The position numbers and the translations under genes were made by a program. The notes beneath the pieces are model-generated. The model saw only the letters and a program-made list of their open reading frames with translations, did no database searches and was not told the origin of the DNA. Shown one piece after another: positions 11,942-24,778 of a stretch of 64,000 nucleotides of DNA; the stretch's first letter is position 1; each line of letters opens with the position of its first letter. Source of the DNA: Mustelus asterias (Eukaryota); NCBI RefSeq assembly GCF_964213995.1, contig NC_135812.1, positions 70,494,001-70,558,000 of the forward strand, given 5' to 3'.

Positions 11942-12261
11942 CCAACCCGCTCTTCTTAAAGACAACCTGTCCCGCATAAAGAGAAGCTGCATTTAAGAAC
12001 ATTGCTGGAATTTGGGAAATGGAATGCCTGGCCAGACAGAGGGTGCAATCTTACCGGCTGTTCACACCCAGCTGCAAGCAAGGGCAGAGAATTTGGCACT
12101 CAGGTGGGATTTTCCGGCCTTGAGGCGAGCACGGCCAGAAACTCACACCCCATATTTCCATCACCATTACCTTATCATGATCTTTCCATTTACCATGACC
12201 TCTTCTTTTACAATGCACCAAATCTGCTGAATTAAATTCTGTCTCAGATGATCTTGTAAAT

Positions 12262-12618
12262 AGAGTCATAGAGTCACAGAGGTTTACAGCATGGAAACAA
12301 GCTCTTCAGCCCAACTTGTCCATGCTGCCCAGTTTTTACCACTAAGCTAGTCCCAATTGCCACCATTATGACCCATATCCCTCTATACCCATCTTACCCA
12401 TGTAACTGTCTAAATGCTTTTTAAAAGGCAAAATTGTACCCGCCTCTACTACTACCTCTGGCAACTCGCATCAGACACTCACCACCCTCTGTGCGAAAAA
12501 ATTGCCCCTCCGGACCCTTTTGTATCTCTCCCCTCTCACCTTAAACCTATGCCCTCTAGTTTTAGACTCCCCTACTTTTGAGAAAAGATGTTGACTATCT
12601 GGCTTATCTATGCCCCAA
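12262..12618 (-). mobile_element. CR1 LINE 3' end
   Basis: KTRGHRFKVRGERY...FFAQRVV in ORF 12471-12743; gagtcata tail repeats. Confidence 0.85.
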
Positions 12619-13479
12619 ATAGAATATTTCAGCATAACAAATATGCGCTTATATTCATAAAAGCCGAGAATCCAAGATGTTTTTTCGACATTTTTATCAA
12701 ATCGTTTTATGCATGTAAACTCCTGAACTCTCTCTTTTCCCATACCCTATTTTAAAAGTGTACCATGCTTAGTTCTCTCCAAATTTTCTCTGATACCTCA
12801 GGATCTAACGAAAATCCATCTCCCTACAGTGTAAAGCGTTCAAATGTGAAAAAAATAGCTTTAATTTTATTGCCTTCTCGAGCAGGAGTACCAACAACAC
12901 AGATTGGAATGCAATGTGGCATTTTACCCACAGATCAACGGATAGGGCCAGCACCTCCAACCATCTGGAGTGAACTGCTTGCATAAACTGCCCATGCCAG
13001 AGTGGCCATCAACCTGCCATCCAATTGATCAGCTCAAATTTCATACAGCATTTCATTCATCACCGCATGATACCTTTCACAGAGTCCATTTCTGAACGGA
13101 CTTCCAATTGCAGTATCCATATGTTCATACTTTCCCACATGTCTCTGAAGTAGTTATTGGCAACATCCCCTATATTATCTGTCAGAAGCTTTGCTGGTGT
13201 TCCCATCCCTGTTCATTTCTCCACGATTTTGCCTATAATAACATTTTTGCCTTTACTATGTATCATCATAAGACTGAATCTGGTCACCAAGTCTACAAAA
13301 TGTGAGTTGAAAATACTTCTGTCTTTTTCCCACATCTTTCGATCTGTGGTAAACACCTTGTTAAAGTTACATGCCAATGGATGGCTTACGTGGTGGCATT
13401 TTCTGGTACTTTTCACAGATTTCACACTTCTCATTAATCTTTTCTATTAACCTTGAATAATCTTCATCAACCACAACTT

Positions 13480-13759
13480 TTTAAGTTTAAGTTTTTTAAG
13501 TTTTAAATTTTAAGTTTATTTATTAGCCTCACAAGTAGGCTTACATTAACACTGCAGTGGAGTTACTGTGAAAATCCCCTAGTCACCACACTCCAGCAGC
13601 TGTTCGGGTACACTGAGGGAGTATTTAGCATGGCCAATGCACTTAACCAGCACATCTTTCAGGCTGTGGGAGGAAACCAGAGCACCCAGAGGAAACCCAC
13701 GTGGACACAAGGAGAATGTGCAGACTCCGCACAGTCACCCAAGCTGGGAATCAAACTGT
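13480..13759 (-). mobile_element. HE1-type V-SINE with type-b tail, 5' head lost
   Basis: V-core plus tail cagtgtacccgaacag...gtaagcctacttgtga. Confidence 0.88.
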
Positions 13760-13890
13760 GGCCAGAATTTTACCATCCTGCCCAGCACAGGAATCGGAGC
13801 GAGCAAGACCATGGCAGACCATGGAAAGATCCATTGACCTTGAGTGGGATTTTACAGTTTTGGGATGATTGAGGCCATAAAATCCCACCC
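13760..13890. mobile_element. Harbinger-like MITE
   Basis: Imperfect TIR ggccagaattttac / taaaatcccaccc. Confidence 0.7.
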
Positions 13891-14570
13891 TGAGTGTATC
13901 TTTCAGCAGGATTTGTAACTTCTGAAAAGCAGAGTGAGCAGACTGTCTGTCTAACTTTAAGACAATTTGTTTTTTTTCTATGATTCTTACCACCAATTGA
14001 CATACTGGTGATGATACTTTATCCAACCATCTGACAACATTAGGCACTGTTAAAGCAATACAATAAATGTCCTGATTAGATAAACTGACTTTCCAAGATG
14101 ATTGTCTCATCATACTCCTTGTCAAGTTTCATTTGTACCTTTTTCATAAGAGGTCTACTCAACAGTATAAGTATCTCTCTAGAGATCAGTACTTATACAG
14201 TGCCTACTTTTGTTACATGGAATTACAACTCTCAAGAGTGACCTCAATGAAAACTAAAGTAAGTAATACTTTCATATTCCTTAATTTTGCCTTGATCCTC
14301 ACTATTTAGTGAATCATGATAACATTTTAAAAACCTGTCCCACGTACTGTTGAAGTGCAAGCATCATCCAGTACTGCAAATGAAAGGAGTCTGTTACCAA
14401 CACATTCATGACAGGACTAAAACTCTTGCTGACCGGCACAATTTGTTGAGATCCATCATTAACTTCATCCCCTTCTTCAGAATTTGTTTCACCATGAGCA
14501 CAATGAATACACGGCCTCTTCGCTTTTGGCAATTCACCATAAAATACTTCGAATCACACCTGAAGCAACT

Positions 14571-14901
14571 CATAGAATAGAATCCCTTCAGTTCAGAAGG
14601 AGGCCACTCAGCCCATCGAGTCTGCACCGACAACAATCCTACCCAGGCCCTATCCCCATAACCCCACATATTTACCCCACTAATCCCTTTAACCTACACT
14701 CCCGGGACACTAAGTGCCAATTTACCGTGGCCAATCAACCTAACCCACACATCTTTGGACTCTGGAGAAAACCGGAGCACCCGGAGGAAACCCATACAGA
14801 CATGGGGAGAATGTGCGAACTCCAGACAGACAGTCACCCGAAGCTAGAATTGAACCCAGGTCGCTGGAGCTGTGAGGCAGCAGTGCTAACCGCTGTGCCA
14901 C
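14571..14901 (-). mobile_element. HE1-type V-SINE with CR1-like tail, inserted in the Copia gag
   Basis: Head, V-core and tail present; flanked by CATAG at 14571 and 14902. Confidence 0.9.
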
Positions 14902-15175
14902 CATAGACATGTTTCTTGGCATTCTGGGAATTCATTCATCCATCATTTTTGTTCCAATTCTGTCTTCTGTAATAGCCAGCTCTGCTAAAGTGTTTTAATC
15001 TACATTCTGCCTGCCTTTAATCCTTCCATTCTTTTGATACCTGCATCCAGTATGTAGACTATTTCAAAATCTGACCGTCATTAACTTTTCTGCCACCTAT
15101 TGGGGACCAGATCAGAAACTCCAAGGTGTATTATGAAGTTGGCCTAGACCCCAACTTTTTTTGATTTTGGCATTT

Positions 15176-15430
15176 GGCGGCACGGTGCCTCACAGCACCA
15201 GAGACCCAGGTTCAATTCCGGCCTCGGGTCACTGTCTGTGTGGAGTTTGCACATTCTCCCCGTGTCTGCGTGAGTTTCCTCCGGGTGCTCCTGTTTCCTC
15301 CCACACTCCAAAGATGTGCGAGTGAGGTTGATTGGCCATGTTAAATTGATCCTAGTGTCAGGAGATTAGCAGGGTAAATATGTGGGGTTATTGGGATAGG
15401 GCCTGGATGGGATTGTGGTCAGTGCAGATC
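15176..15430 (+). mobile_element. HE1-type V-SINE, 3'-truncated
   Basis: ggcggcacggtgcctcacagc...ggttcaattcc B-box and V-core. Confidence 0.88.
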
Positions 15431-15929
15431 ATATCCCAACCAATTCACATTTGCTTTCTACCACTTTCCACTATGCCCGCAAGGACTTCAGTTTCCTGCC
15501 CAATTTTCTTTTTTAGTTTTCTACCTTGAAATTTAGGCAACCAGCCTCTCCCATCATGTTACATCTCCAGAAAGACAATTGGTCAAGGATAGAACCTGAA
15601 CCAACTTTTACACACATTTATTTACAGAAGTACACATTACAAGCATGCACCTCTTAATCTAACCACCAACATTTTATTCATAGGAACACAACCAAGTCCC
15701 CAGGTAACGTCCCCTATACAATTAAATTCTATTAATACACTACCAGCACCTTGGAAGCAAGTATTGACTTGAGATCAGCACATGGTGAGTCATCCAGGCA
15801 CACGTGGGTGGCACCCAGGTCTGTAGTGCCATTGAAGGAAGCTCTATGAAGATAAAATTCCAGCCTGGAGAATTCAGAACTTACTCTTTAATTGCATTAT
15901 TTTAATTTTGATTTGATGAGTGATGCACA

Positions 15930-16160
15930 GCCTGTGGAATTCATTATGACAGGAAGTAGTTGATGCCAAAACATTGAATGTATTCAAGAGGCAGTTAGAT
16001 ATAGCACTTTTCCCCAAGTGCTTGAAATCAAAGGCTACGGGGAGAAAACAGGATTAGGCCACTGAGTTGGACTATCAGCCATTATCGTGATGAATGGTGG
16101 AGCAGGCTCGAAGGGCCAAATGGCCTCCTCCTGTTCCTATCTTCTCTGTTTCTATGTTTC
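15930..16160 (+). mobile_element. CR1 3' end fragment
   Basis: ctgtggaattca...gaagggccaaatggcctcctcctgttcct. Confidence 0.8.
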
Positions 16161-16884
16161 AATTTAAATGTTGGGTTTTGCTCAACCTATGTGGTCAATA
16201 TGGTATTTACGATGATTTTAGGTTGTTTAGATCAATAAAGAGGGTTTAATTATACTGAAGTCTCCTATTCCTGTTTTAAAATTCTGAAAAATCATCACTG
16301 AAGTATCATAGTTAATGTCTCCATAAAAGGCTTCCATTTTACAATGTCTTCAGTTGCTTGAGAGGGGGAAGTCTTTAGGTGAGATTTGTCAGGGAAAGTT
16401 TTTTTTCATTTATTTAACAATTTGAGAGCATCCATCACACTTCAGACATTGCAGTTCAAAAATGTCAAAACTCCTTGGGGAGAAAAAAAAGAGAAAGAAA
16501 AGCAGTCATTTCTTGCGGGTTCTCTGTCCATCAGAGGCATTCCGCAATTTAACTGGAGCAATAGGAACTGCAGCAATCTGCAAGCTATTTTCATCAATAT
16601 TAAATATCCATAATCAACATCAGGATCCGGTTATATTACCTACCTGCAGCAAATGTCTAAGGCTTCAAACTTCAGATCCTGACCCATGAATAATGTCACA
16701 GTGAATCAACTAATATTGTTCAAAAAATCTTTAATGGTTTTCCTCTAATTAAAATACATGAAGTTGCAAGAATATTAGTATAAGAAGCAAAGCAGATATT
16801 AAACTCTGCAGAACTAACAATACCTTCTTGAAAAGCAGATAATCTGAATGCAAATGACTTGATTGCTTAAATATGTCTATGCAG

Positions 16885-17720
16885 CACAAAGACCAAAGAA
16901 CAAAGAACAGTACAGCACAGAAACAGGCCCTTCAGCCCACCAAGTCTGCACCAACACAGATGCCTTTCAAATCTAATATTTTCTTGCCTCTATGTGGTCC
17001 ATATCCCTCTGTCCCTATTCATTTATCTATCCAGGTGCCTCTTGAACATTGTTATAGAATCTGCCTCCACCACCTCCTCCAGCAGCATGTTCCAGGCATT
17101 CACCACCCTCTATGTGAAAAACTTTCCCCTTACATCTCTTTTAAACTTTCCCCCTCTTACTTTCAACCTATGCCCCCTTCAGCCCACCAAGTCTGCACCA
17201 ACACAGATGCCTCTCAAATCAAATCATGCCCCCAGTAATTGACCCTTCGACCCTGGGAAAAAGACTCTGACTATCCACTCTATCCAAGCCTGCCATAACC
17301 TTGTAAACCTCAATCAGGTCCCCCCTCATCCTATGACTCCCTAATGAAAACAACTTACGTTTGTTCAACCTTTCTTCATAGTCCATATCCTCCAAACCAG
17401 GCAACATCCTGGTTCTTCTCTTCTGCACCCTTTCCAATGCATCAACATCATTCCGGCAGTGTGGCGAACAGAATTGTACACAATACTCCAAATGTGGCCT
17501 AACCAAAGTCAGCTGCAACATGATTTTCCAATTCCTATACTCAACACACCGACTGATGAAGGCCAGCATACCATACGCCTTCATGACCACCTTGTCCACC
17601 TAAGTTGCCACCTTCAGGGAACTGTGGATCTACACACCTAGATCCCTCTGTATGCTAATATTTCTAAGGGCTCTACCATTTACTGTATACTTTCCTTCTA
17701 CAGTAGACCATCCAAATTGT
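16885..17720 (-). mobile_element. CR1 LINE 3' portion with an internal re-duplication of its tail
   Basis: ORF 17219-17599 (LVRPHLEYC, RGDLIEVYK); 16928-16974 repeated at 17175-17220. Confidence 0.88.
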
Positions 17721-17807
17721 ATCTTTATTGGACGTTATATTGACACTTAGCTTCCTGCCTGTCCAGCTTTATATTTAGGGGGTACCCCAATGATGCATTG
17801 GGGAATC

Positions 17808-18755
17808 CATAAGACCATAATACATAGGAGCAGAATTAGGCCACTCGGCCCATCGAGTTTTTTTCTCATCCCCATTCTCCTGCCTTTTCCCCATAACCCT
17901 TGATCCCCTTATTAATCAAAAACCTATCTATCCCCGTCTTAAAGACACTCAATGACCTGGCCTCCACAGCCTTTTGCGGCAAAGAGTTCCACAGATTCAC
18001 CACTCTCTGGTTGAAGAAATCCCTCCTCATCTCTGTTTTAAGGGATCGTCCCTTTAGCCTGAGGTCGTGCCCTCTGGTTCTAGTTTTTTCTATGAGTGGA
18101 AACATCCTCTCCATGTCCACACTATCCAGGCCTCGCAGTATCCTATAAGTTTCAATAAGATCCCCCCTCATCCTTCTAAACTCCAATGAGTACAGACCTA
18201 GAGTCCTCAACCGTTCCTCATACGACAAGCTCTTCATCCCAGGGATCATTCTTGTGAACCTCCTCTTGACCCTTTCCAAGGCCTGCCTTCCTTAGATATG
18301 GGGTCCAAAACTGCTCTCAATACTCCAAATGGGGTCTGACCAGAGCCTTATACAGCCTCAGAAGTACATCCCTGCTCTTGTATTCTAGCCCTCTCAACAT
18401 GAATGCTAACTTTGCATTTGCCTTCCTAACTGCCAACTGAACCTGCATGTTGACCTTAAGAGAATCTTGAACAATGACTGCCAAGTCCCTTTGTGTTTCT
18501 GATTTCCTAAGCATTTTCCCATTTAGAAAATAGTCTATGCCTCAATTCTTCCTTCCAAAGTGCATAACCTCACACTATTTCCACATTGTATTCCATCTGC
18601 CACTTTGTTGCCCACTCTCCTAACCTGTCCAAGTCCTTTTGCTGCCCCCCCCTGCTTCCTCAATACTACCTGTCCCTCTACATATCTTTGTATCATCTGC
18701 AAACTTAGCAACAGTGCCTTCAGTTCCTTCCTCCAAATCGTTAATGTATATTGTG
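17808..18755 (-). mobile_element. CR1 LINE 3' portion
   Basis: ORFs 17866-18279, 18317-18514 and 18620-18856 (KFADDTK, LVRPHLEY). Confidence 0.9.
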
Positions 18756-19029
18756 AAATCCCTCTCAGATGTTCCCACGTAAGGGTTTACCCGGAAATTG
18801 TCCAGAAGGGTTAAATTCCCCTGGGGAATTGCTTTGGACTGGGAACCATCTGACAAAAGATTTAAATCGCTAACTTCGGTTGGTTCTGCCAGTGTTACCC
18901 TGATAGTTACTCTGAAAAAGTTATAAGGAAAAGAAGCACTTCCAGCTTCAGAGTAACTATTTTAAACACCCAGACCAAGATCTATACAGGATACCCCAAA
19001 TACACGCAGTCCCCCACAGTGTCGCCCAT

Positions 19030-19335
19030 ACCCCCACACCACCCCCACCATGACACCCCTGAGGATCACTCCACCCAATCAAGCAATCCTCCCACCCCAA
19101 CCCAATACTAAACCCCCTCCCCTCCTCCCCCCACCCCCACCACTCTTCCCACCCCCCCCCACCCCACCCCTCACCCCCCCCCCCCCCCCCCCACCCCCAC
19201 CCCGGCCCGACTCCAGCCCCAGCCACCATCTGGGTCTAAAACTACCTTCCTGCCTGTTCCAATCTCCCATGCCCACAGTTTGACCTACCCCTCCCCTCTC
19301 AGTGCTTCATCCCCTGTCCCCCACCCCCACACACC
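19030..19335 (-). repeat. C-rich low-complexity tract with G-quadruplex potential on the minus strand
   Basis: Many C4 to C18 runs. Confidence 0.7.
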
Positions 19336-19449
19336 ACTGAGTGAGGAAGTTTGGGCAAGACAGCAGCTTTGGAATTTGAACAAGATTAAGCCCCTCCACT
19401 GGTAATTGCCACTCTAAGGAAGTTACAAACCTCCAACACCTTGCTTACC

Positions 19450-19755
19450 TGTGGCCCAGTGGTTAGCACTGCTGCCTCATAGCACCAGGGAACCTCGGTT
19501 TGATTCCAGCTTGGGTCACTGTCTGTCTGGAGTCTGCACATTCTCCCCATGTCTGCATGGGCTTCCTCCAGGTGCTCCGGTTTCCTCCCAGAGTTCGAAA
19601 AACGTGCTGGTTATGTGCATTGGCCATGCTAAATTCTCCCTCAGTGCACCCGAACAAGTGCTGGAGTGTTGCAACGAGGGGATTTTTACAGTAACTTCAT
19701 TGCAGTGTTAATGTAAGCCTACTTGTGACACTAATAAATGAACTTTAAAACTTTA
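19450..19755 (+). mobile_element. HE1-type V-SINE with type-b tail
   Basis: tggcccagtggttagcactgctgcctca head, V-core, type-b tail. Confidence 0.9.
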
Positions 19756-19829
19756 CTGAAAAACAAATTCTGTGCAGACAGATTCACCATTGGAGATTAG
19801 AAAATTGAGAAATAACTTTATTTAAACAC

Positions 19830-20175
19830 ATAAGATCCTGAGGGGATGTGACAGGTTGGATGCTGTAAGGATGTTTCCCTTTGTAGGGTGACTGGAACTA
19901 GGGGACCCAGTTTTAACATTAGAGGTCTCTCATTTAAGACAGAGATGTGGAGAAATTCTCAGAGTTGTGAGCCTGTGGAACTCAATTGCCCAGAAAATTG
20001 AATTGTATTAAAGCTCAGCAAGATAGATCCTTGATTGACAAAGGAATCAAAGGGTATAAGCGTTGGAAGGAAAGTGGAGTTGAGGCCACTATCAGATCAG
20101 CCATGATCTTGTTGAATGGCAGAGCACGTTTGATGGGCTGAATGGCCTGCTCTTCTGATTCATGTGTTTGTATGT
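19830..20175 (+). mobile_element. CR1 3' end, old
   Basis: gaactaggggac...ctgtggaactc...gggctgaatggcctgctcttctg. Confidence 0.75.
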
Positions 20176-20813
20176 TCGTATATCCAGTGCTGACCTGGCC
20201 TTCTGCTCCATCCACACATATTTTGGCTCCCACTCACCAAAGGTCACATCATTCCCTCCCTCTGATATGTAAATAAGATCAATAGGCTAAAGTCTTTTGG
20301 AATCATCTTCCCAGGGACAGATGGCTTGCTTCAGCCAATGGTTCCGCCAATTCCTAACATAAGTTAAAATCAAGAATTTCTAATGTATAACATTTTTGAT
20401 TATGTTTTGCAATTAATAATAACAAAGTTTCAGCTTTTTTCCTGTTCCCTTGTGCATGGACCATCAAATGCGTCACTCTAGCACAATTTATATTCATAAT
20501 GGAATTACAAGCTTGATTGCGTATCAATCAAATGTTACTCGAAAATACATTGCTTTGTTTCTGGAATTAAGCAGATGCTGGTCCAATTTCACAAAACAAA
20601 TTAGTGGAGGAATTGTTAATGTCAAATGGTGTATGAAAAGAGGAGCACAATGAAACAGTGGCTTAGTGTAGTTTAGAATACTGAGTTAGAGATAACCTAC
20701 TTCAGCATTGTAATCAATATAATCTCACAGAAAACCATGTTGATTTTGCCATAGTTCATAAATATAAATCTGCCAACCATTTATTGAACTCTTGTGTCTG
20801 CAATATCATCCAT

Positions 20814-21112
20814 GCGGCACAATAGTTAGCACTGCTGCCTCACTGCGCCAGGGACGCGGGTTCGACTCCCGGCTTGCGTCATTGCCTGTGCGAAGTCTGG
20901 ACGTTTTCCCCGTGTCTGCGTGAGTTTCCTCCAGGTGCTCCAGTTTCCTCCCACAGTGCGAAAGATGTGCTGGTTAAGTGCATTGGCCATACTAAATTCT
21001 CCCTCAATGTACCCAAACAGGCGCCGGAGTGTGGCGACTAGGGGATTTTCACAGTAATTTCATTGCAGTGTTAATGTAAGTCTACTTGTGACACTAATAA
21101 ATGATGTTTAAA
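20814..21112 (+). mobile_element. HE1-type V-SINE with type-b tail
   Basis: A/B boxes (ggttcgactcc), V-core, type-b tail. Confidence 0.9.
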
Positions 21113-21415
21113 AAAGAATGCATCGCTCTGCTTCAGAATTCGTTCCCTCACTCTGGAACGTTACAAACCAGTTTCAAACTGGAAGTCCCAAAAGCTCAAG
21201 GAGCAATGTATGAGCCATAATAAAAATCAATTATGAATATTGTCCAAGATTTCGCTTCTTGACCAATATGGAGAGTACTCAAACAAAGCTTAAACATTCC
21301 GAAATATTCCAGAACTCAAACATTGAACTGTTAAGAAACAACATGAATAGAACAATCTCCTTCTGCAGGAAAAAGGAGATGGCACATCAAGTCAATTCAA
21401 AGTGAGTCTGTATTA

Positions 21416-21730
21416 TCATAGAATCACTGCAGTGCAGAAGGAGGCCATTCAGCCCATCCAGTCTGCACCAACTGCAATCCCACCCAGGCCCTATTCCCAT
21501 AACTCCACATATTTACCCTAGCTAATCCCGACACTAGAGTCAATTTAGTCAATCAACCTAACTTGCATATCTATGGACTGTGGGAGGAAACCAGAGCGCC
21601 TGAAGGAAACCCACGCAGACACGGGGAGAATGTGCAGACTCCACATAGACAGTGACTAGAGGCCGGAATTGAACCCAGGTTCCTGGCGCTGTGAGGCAGC
21701 AGTGCTAACCACTGTGCCACAGTGCCGCCA
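21416..21730 (-). mobile_element. HE1-type V-SINE with CR1-like tail
   Basis: Head, V-core and tail present. Confidence 0.9.
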
Positions 21731-22169
21731 TCTGTATTATGAGTACCTTCAATGAAACTTTCCTCTTTATGATTTAAACTCATTGTGGTTATATGCTGAA
21801 ATCTGTCCCCAAGAAAGCTGTTTAGGCTGAGATTGGTAGATCTTGTTAGACAACGGTATCAAAGGTTAGAGTACTAAGACAAGGAGATGGAGTTCATAGA
21901 CAGATCAGTCCTGATCTAATTGAACAATGAAACAAGTTTGAGGAATGTAATGATCAATTCTGTCCCAACATTTGAATATTTTCCCTGGAAAGAATTGACA
22001 CATTGCAAACTGAGCAATGAACACAGGTGTATTTAAAGGGGCAATCCGATAAACACATGAGGGAACAAAGAATGAAAGGAGATGCTGACGCTTTCAATGA
22101 GGAAGGTTGGGAGGAGGCTTATATGAAGCTTGACACTGGGATGTACCTGTTTCTGGAAATAGTGTGGGG

Positions 22170-22992
22170 GGGGTGGGAATCTTCTACCCCTTTTCTGGTG
22201 GGCAACAAAGCTGTAGGGGGCAGAAAATCCAATATGACTCCCAAAATGGCATTTACACCAATGGGATTTCGCACTGAGATAGTTTCAGCCCCCTCACTAA
22301 TGATGTAATGAGGTTCCCGTTTTGAAAGGTCAGGAACTTCATTAACATATAATTAAATGTTATCAACGGGAATCCCCGCTATATCATCGCCCACATAAGG
22401 AATTCCCCCCCCCCCCCCCCCCCCCCACCGCCTCCCCTCCACCTCTTCCCCCAGTTGACGTGACATGGGTTTACAACAGATCTGGACAAACGGGGGCCTG
22501 GCAAACAGAACCCACCAGGGGCACGTAGGTAAGTACAACCCCCAGGGGGGAGAGAGTCATGCCTGGGCAATACCGCCCCCCCCCCCCCCCCCCCACCCCC
22601 TCCCTCCCCGGCAATGCCCCCTGGTAATGACCCACAGCTTCTGTTGAGGATGTTCAGAATAGGAGGATTTGGGGGGGTGGGTGCGGTGGTTGGGGGTGGG
22701 GGCGGGGGTGCGGTGGAGGGAAGGGTGTCCTGGAAAAGGTTCCCATGTCCATGGTGGGGGTTGGGGAGGGTGTGGCCTTTTTAAAAAATTATCTTTCAGA
22801 TTCTCGATCAGTCAGGGGCCGAGGTTGCTGGCGGGGCAGATTCATTCAGTGCAACATCGTGGAACCTGCCTCCAGAATTTTGTTTCGACTACCTGGCAAA
22901 AAATATGGCGGGAAAAGCGGGCAGTGCCGCTGACGGGTACACATTGCATTTCCCGCCTGAGCTCACGCAGTCAAAAACAGAAAATTCTACCC
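22170..22992. mobile_element. Long GC-rich non-autonomous DNA element (Harbinger-like) with poly-C tracts
   Basis: Degenerate TIR gggtgggaatcttct / agaaaattctaccc; C-runs at 22404-22427 and 22575-22600. Confidence 0.5.
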
Positions 22993-23814
22993 TGCGTATA
23001 TGTTTTATTAGTTTGGGTGAAAGATGTTCACAAAGCTGAAGATACATTTGGTCTGATTTATTTCTTCATATCTAACTGCTGCCAAATCTGCTGCTGGATC
23101 CCTCAGGGAAGATTACACTTTCTTAATGACAACTAAAATTAAACAATCTGAAACAAATCCACACTCTGGCAATCCAGGTGGGCTGCGTTTGAATATTATA
23201 AAGTTGCTTTTTACAATGCTCAGTAGGGCAAAATGTAATGTTTATCGAGTAATTCAAAATAATGTACAACTCAGAAGCAGCAAAATTTAAAAAAGCTTAT
23301 TTTTAATGTAATTTATGATAATCTTCTTGTATTTTCAAAGCAATATGAGAATATAATAATCATGAAACCGGACTAAAAATAGTCTTTTCTTTGTCAAACG
23401 GAACTGATACCGTTATTTTATGAATGACTGTGAGAATTGTAATGTCATTCCAAGGGTACAGGCTTGTGGGGGGCGCGGGGGGGGGGGCGGGGGGGCAGAT
23501 TTACATTTTCAGTGCCTGCTGTATTTAGCTTTTTGGCTCCAGAATTCTTTTGGTCGAGATTTTGCAGACTCCACTATTATTCCACATGAATAGTGTGGTA
23601 TGTGTGCTCTGCCTTAGGGCAGGTCTTTGGCTCATTATCTGCTGATGTTTCATTCTGAGCTGATTTCTCTTGGCAGTATTTCTTTTGTCAGTCATGGTTT
23701 TACAATGGCTGCCAGTCTCAGCAGCAGGGCACAGAGGCAGATCACAAGTCTACCTCAGCCCGAGCAGGAATTGAACCTGCACTGTTGGCAACATTTAGGA
23801 GCACATGAGTCATA

Positions 23815-24778
23815 GGGCGGAATTTTACGAAAATGATTCTGAGTATCCAGCTTGCGTGAGAATGGGAGAATTGCAGATCCAATTTTTTGGGTGAGTTTTC
23901 ACATCCAATCTTGTGCATATACTGCATGAAAAAATGAGTAAGACTGTTTCTAGTTGCTGCAGGCAGTGGGCTGGGCTTAATTTGCCAGACAGCCTGCAGA
24001 GGGAGCTATTGCGCATGCGCAGACCTCTGTGTCTGCACATGCGCAATGGCAAATGCAGAGAGAGCTATTACGTATGTGCAGACCACTGATTCTGCACATG
24101 CACAATAGCAGCAGCAGAGGCCTGACAGACAGAGAGAAAGCTGTCAGGCTCCTGCTGCAGGAGGCAGCCTCAACAAACTATTCCTCCCCACAATCCCGGG
24201 GGCCCACGGCAGATCATGAACCCCACACTGCCCAAAATGCAGCTTCCACGACCGCCCGCAATGATCGCAATGCAGAGTGGGCTCCCTTCTCTCCCCCCCC
24301 CCCTTCCGCCGATTGCTTGCAGAATGGCAGCGGGCCCCCCTCTCCCCGATCCAATCACTGGCAGCATTCACAACAGCCACCCTCACCCCCAATCAGCCCA
24401 CCCCCATAGGTCTCATCCTGGTGGGCATTACTGCGATGCCAGTCTGGCTGTGCCAAGGTGCCAGGCTGGCACTGCCCAAGGGGTACCCCCCCTTGCCCTC
24501 GGCCTCCCCGGGGGGCCTCAATGGTTCCACCAGCAAGGTCAACATGACTGCTCTTCATTCATGGGGAGTAGGTGTTTACCTCGCCGGAGAGTAATAAAAT
24601 TGAATAGTTTATTCAGCCTCTCACGCATTTCTGACGAGAGGCTGGCCTCGCTGGAAATGCGGCTACTGTAAGATTGTGAGAGCCAAAAAGAATCGAGCGT
24701 TTTCCTGATTTCTCAGCTGTCGTGTGATTTTACCTGCTCACTCCATCATGGGCAGGGCGAGCCGGTAAAATCCCGGCC
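23815..24778. mobile_element. PIF/Harbinger-like non-autonomous DNA transposon
   Basis: TIR GGGCGGAATTTTAC / GTAAAATCCCGGCC (12/14 match); ATA TSD at 23812-23814 and 24779-24781; inserted in a CR1 tail repeat gagtcATAgagtc. Confidence 0.8.

Larger units (their letters stand above)
12700..15095 (-). mobile_element. Decayed Ty1/Copia (GalEa-like) internal region with gag knuckle, protease and integrase, interrupted by SINEs and a MITE
   Basis: Manual translation: CFRCDSKYFMVNC (knuckle, ~14530-14570); AVLDDACTSTVRG (protease, ~14338-14380); PLACNFNKVFTTDRK...HFVDLVTRFS...KLLTDNIGDVAN...SPFRNGLCERYHAV...LAWAVYASSSLQMVGG (integrase, ~12930-13385). Confidence 0.75.

Noticed and set aside
18957-19283. 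Pro-rich and Gly-rich ORFs
   Set aside because: Translation artefacts of poly-C/poly-G tracts
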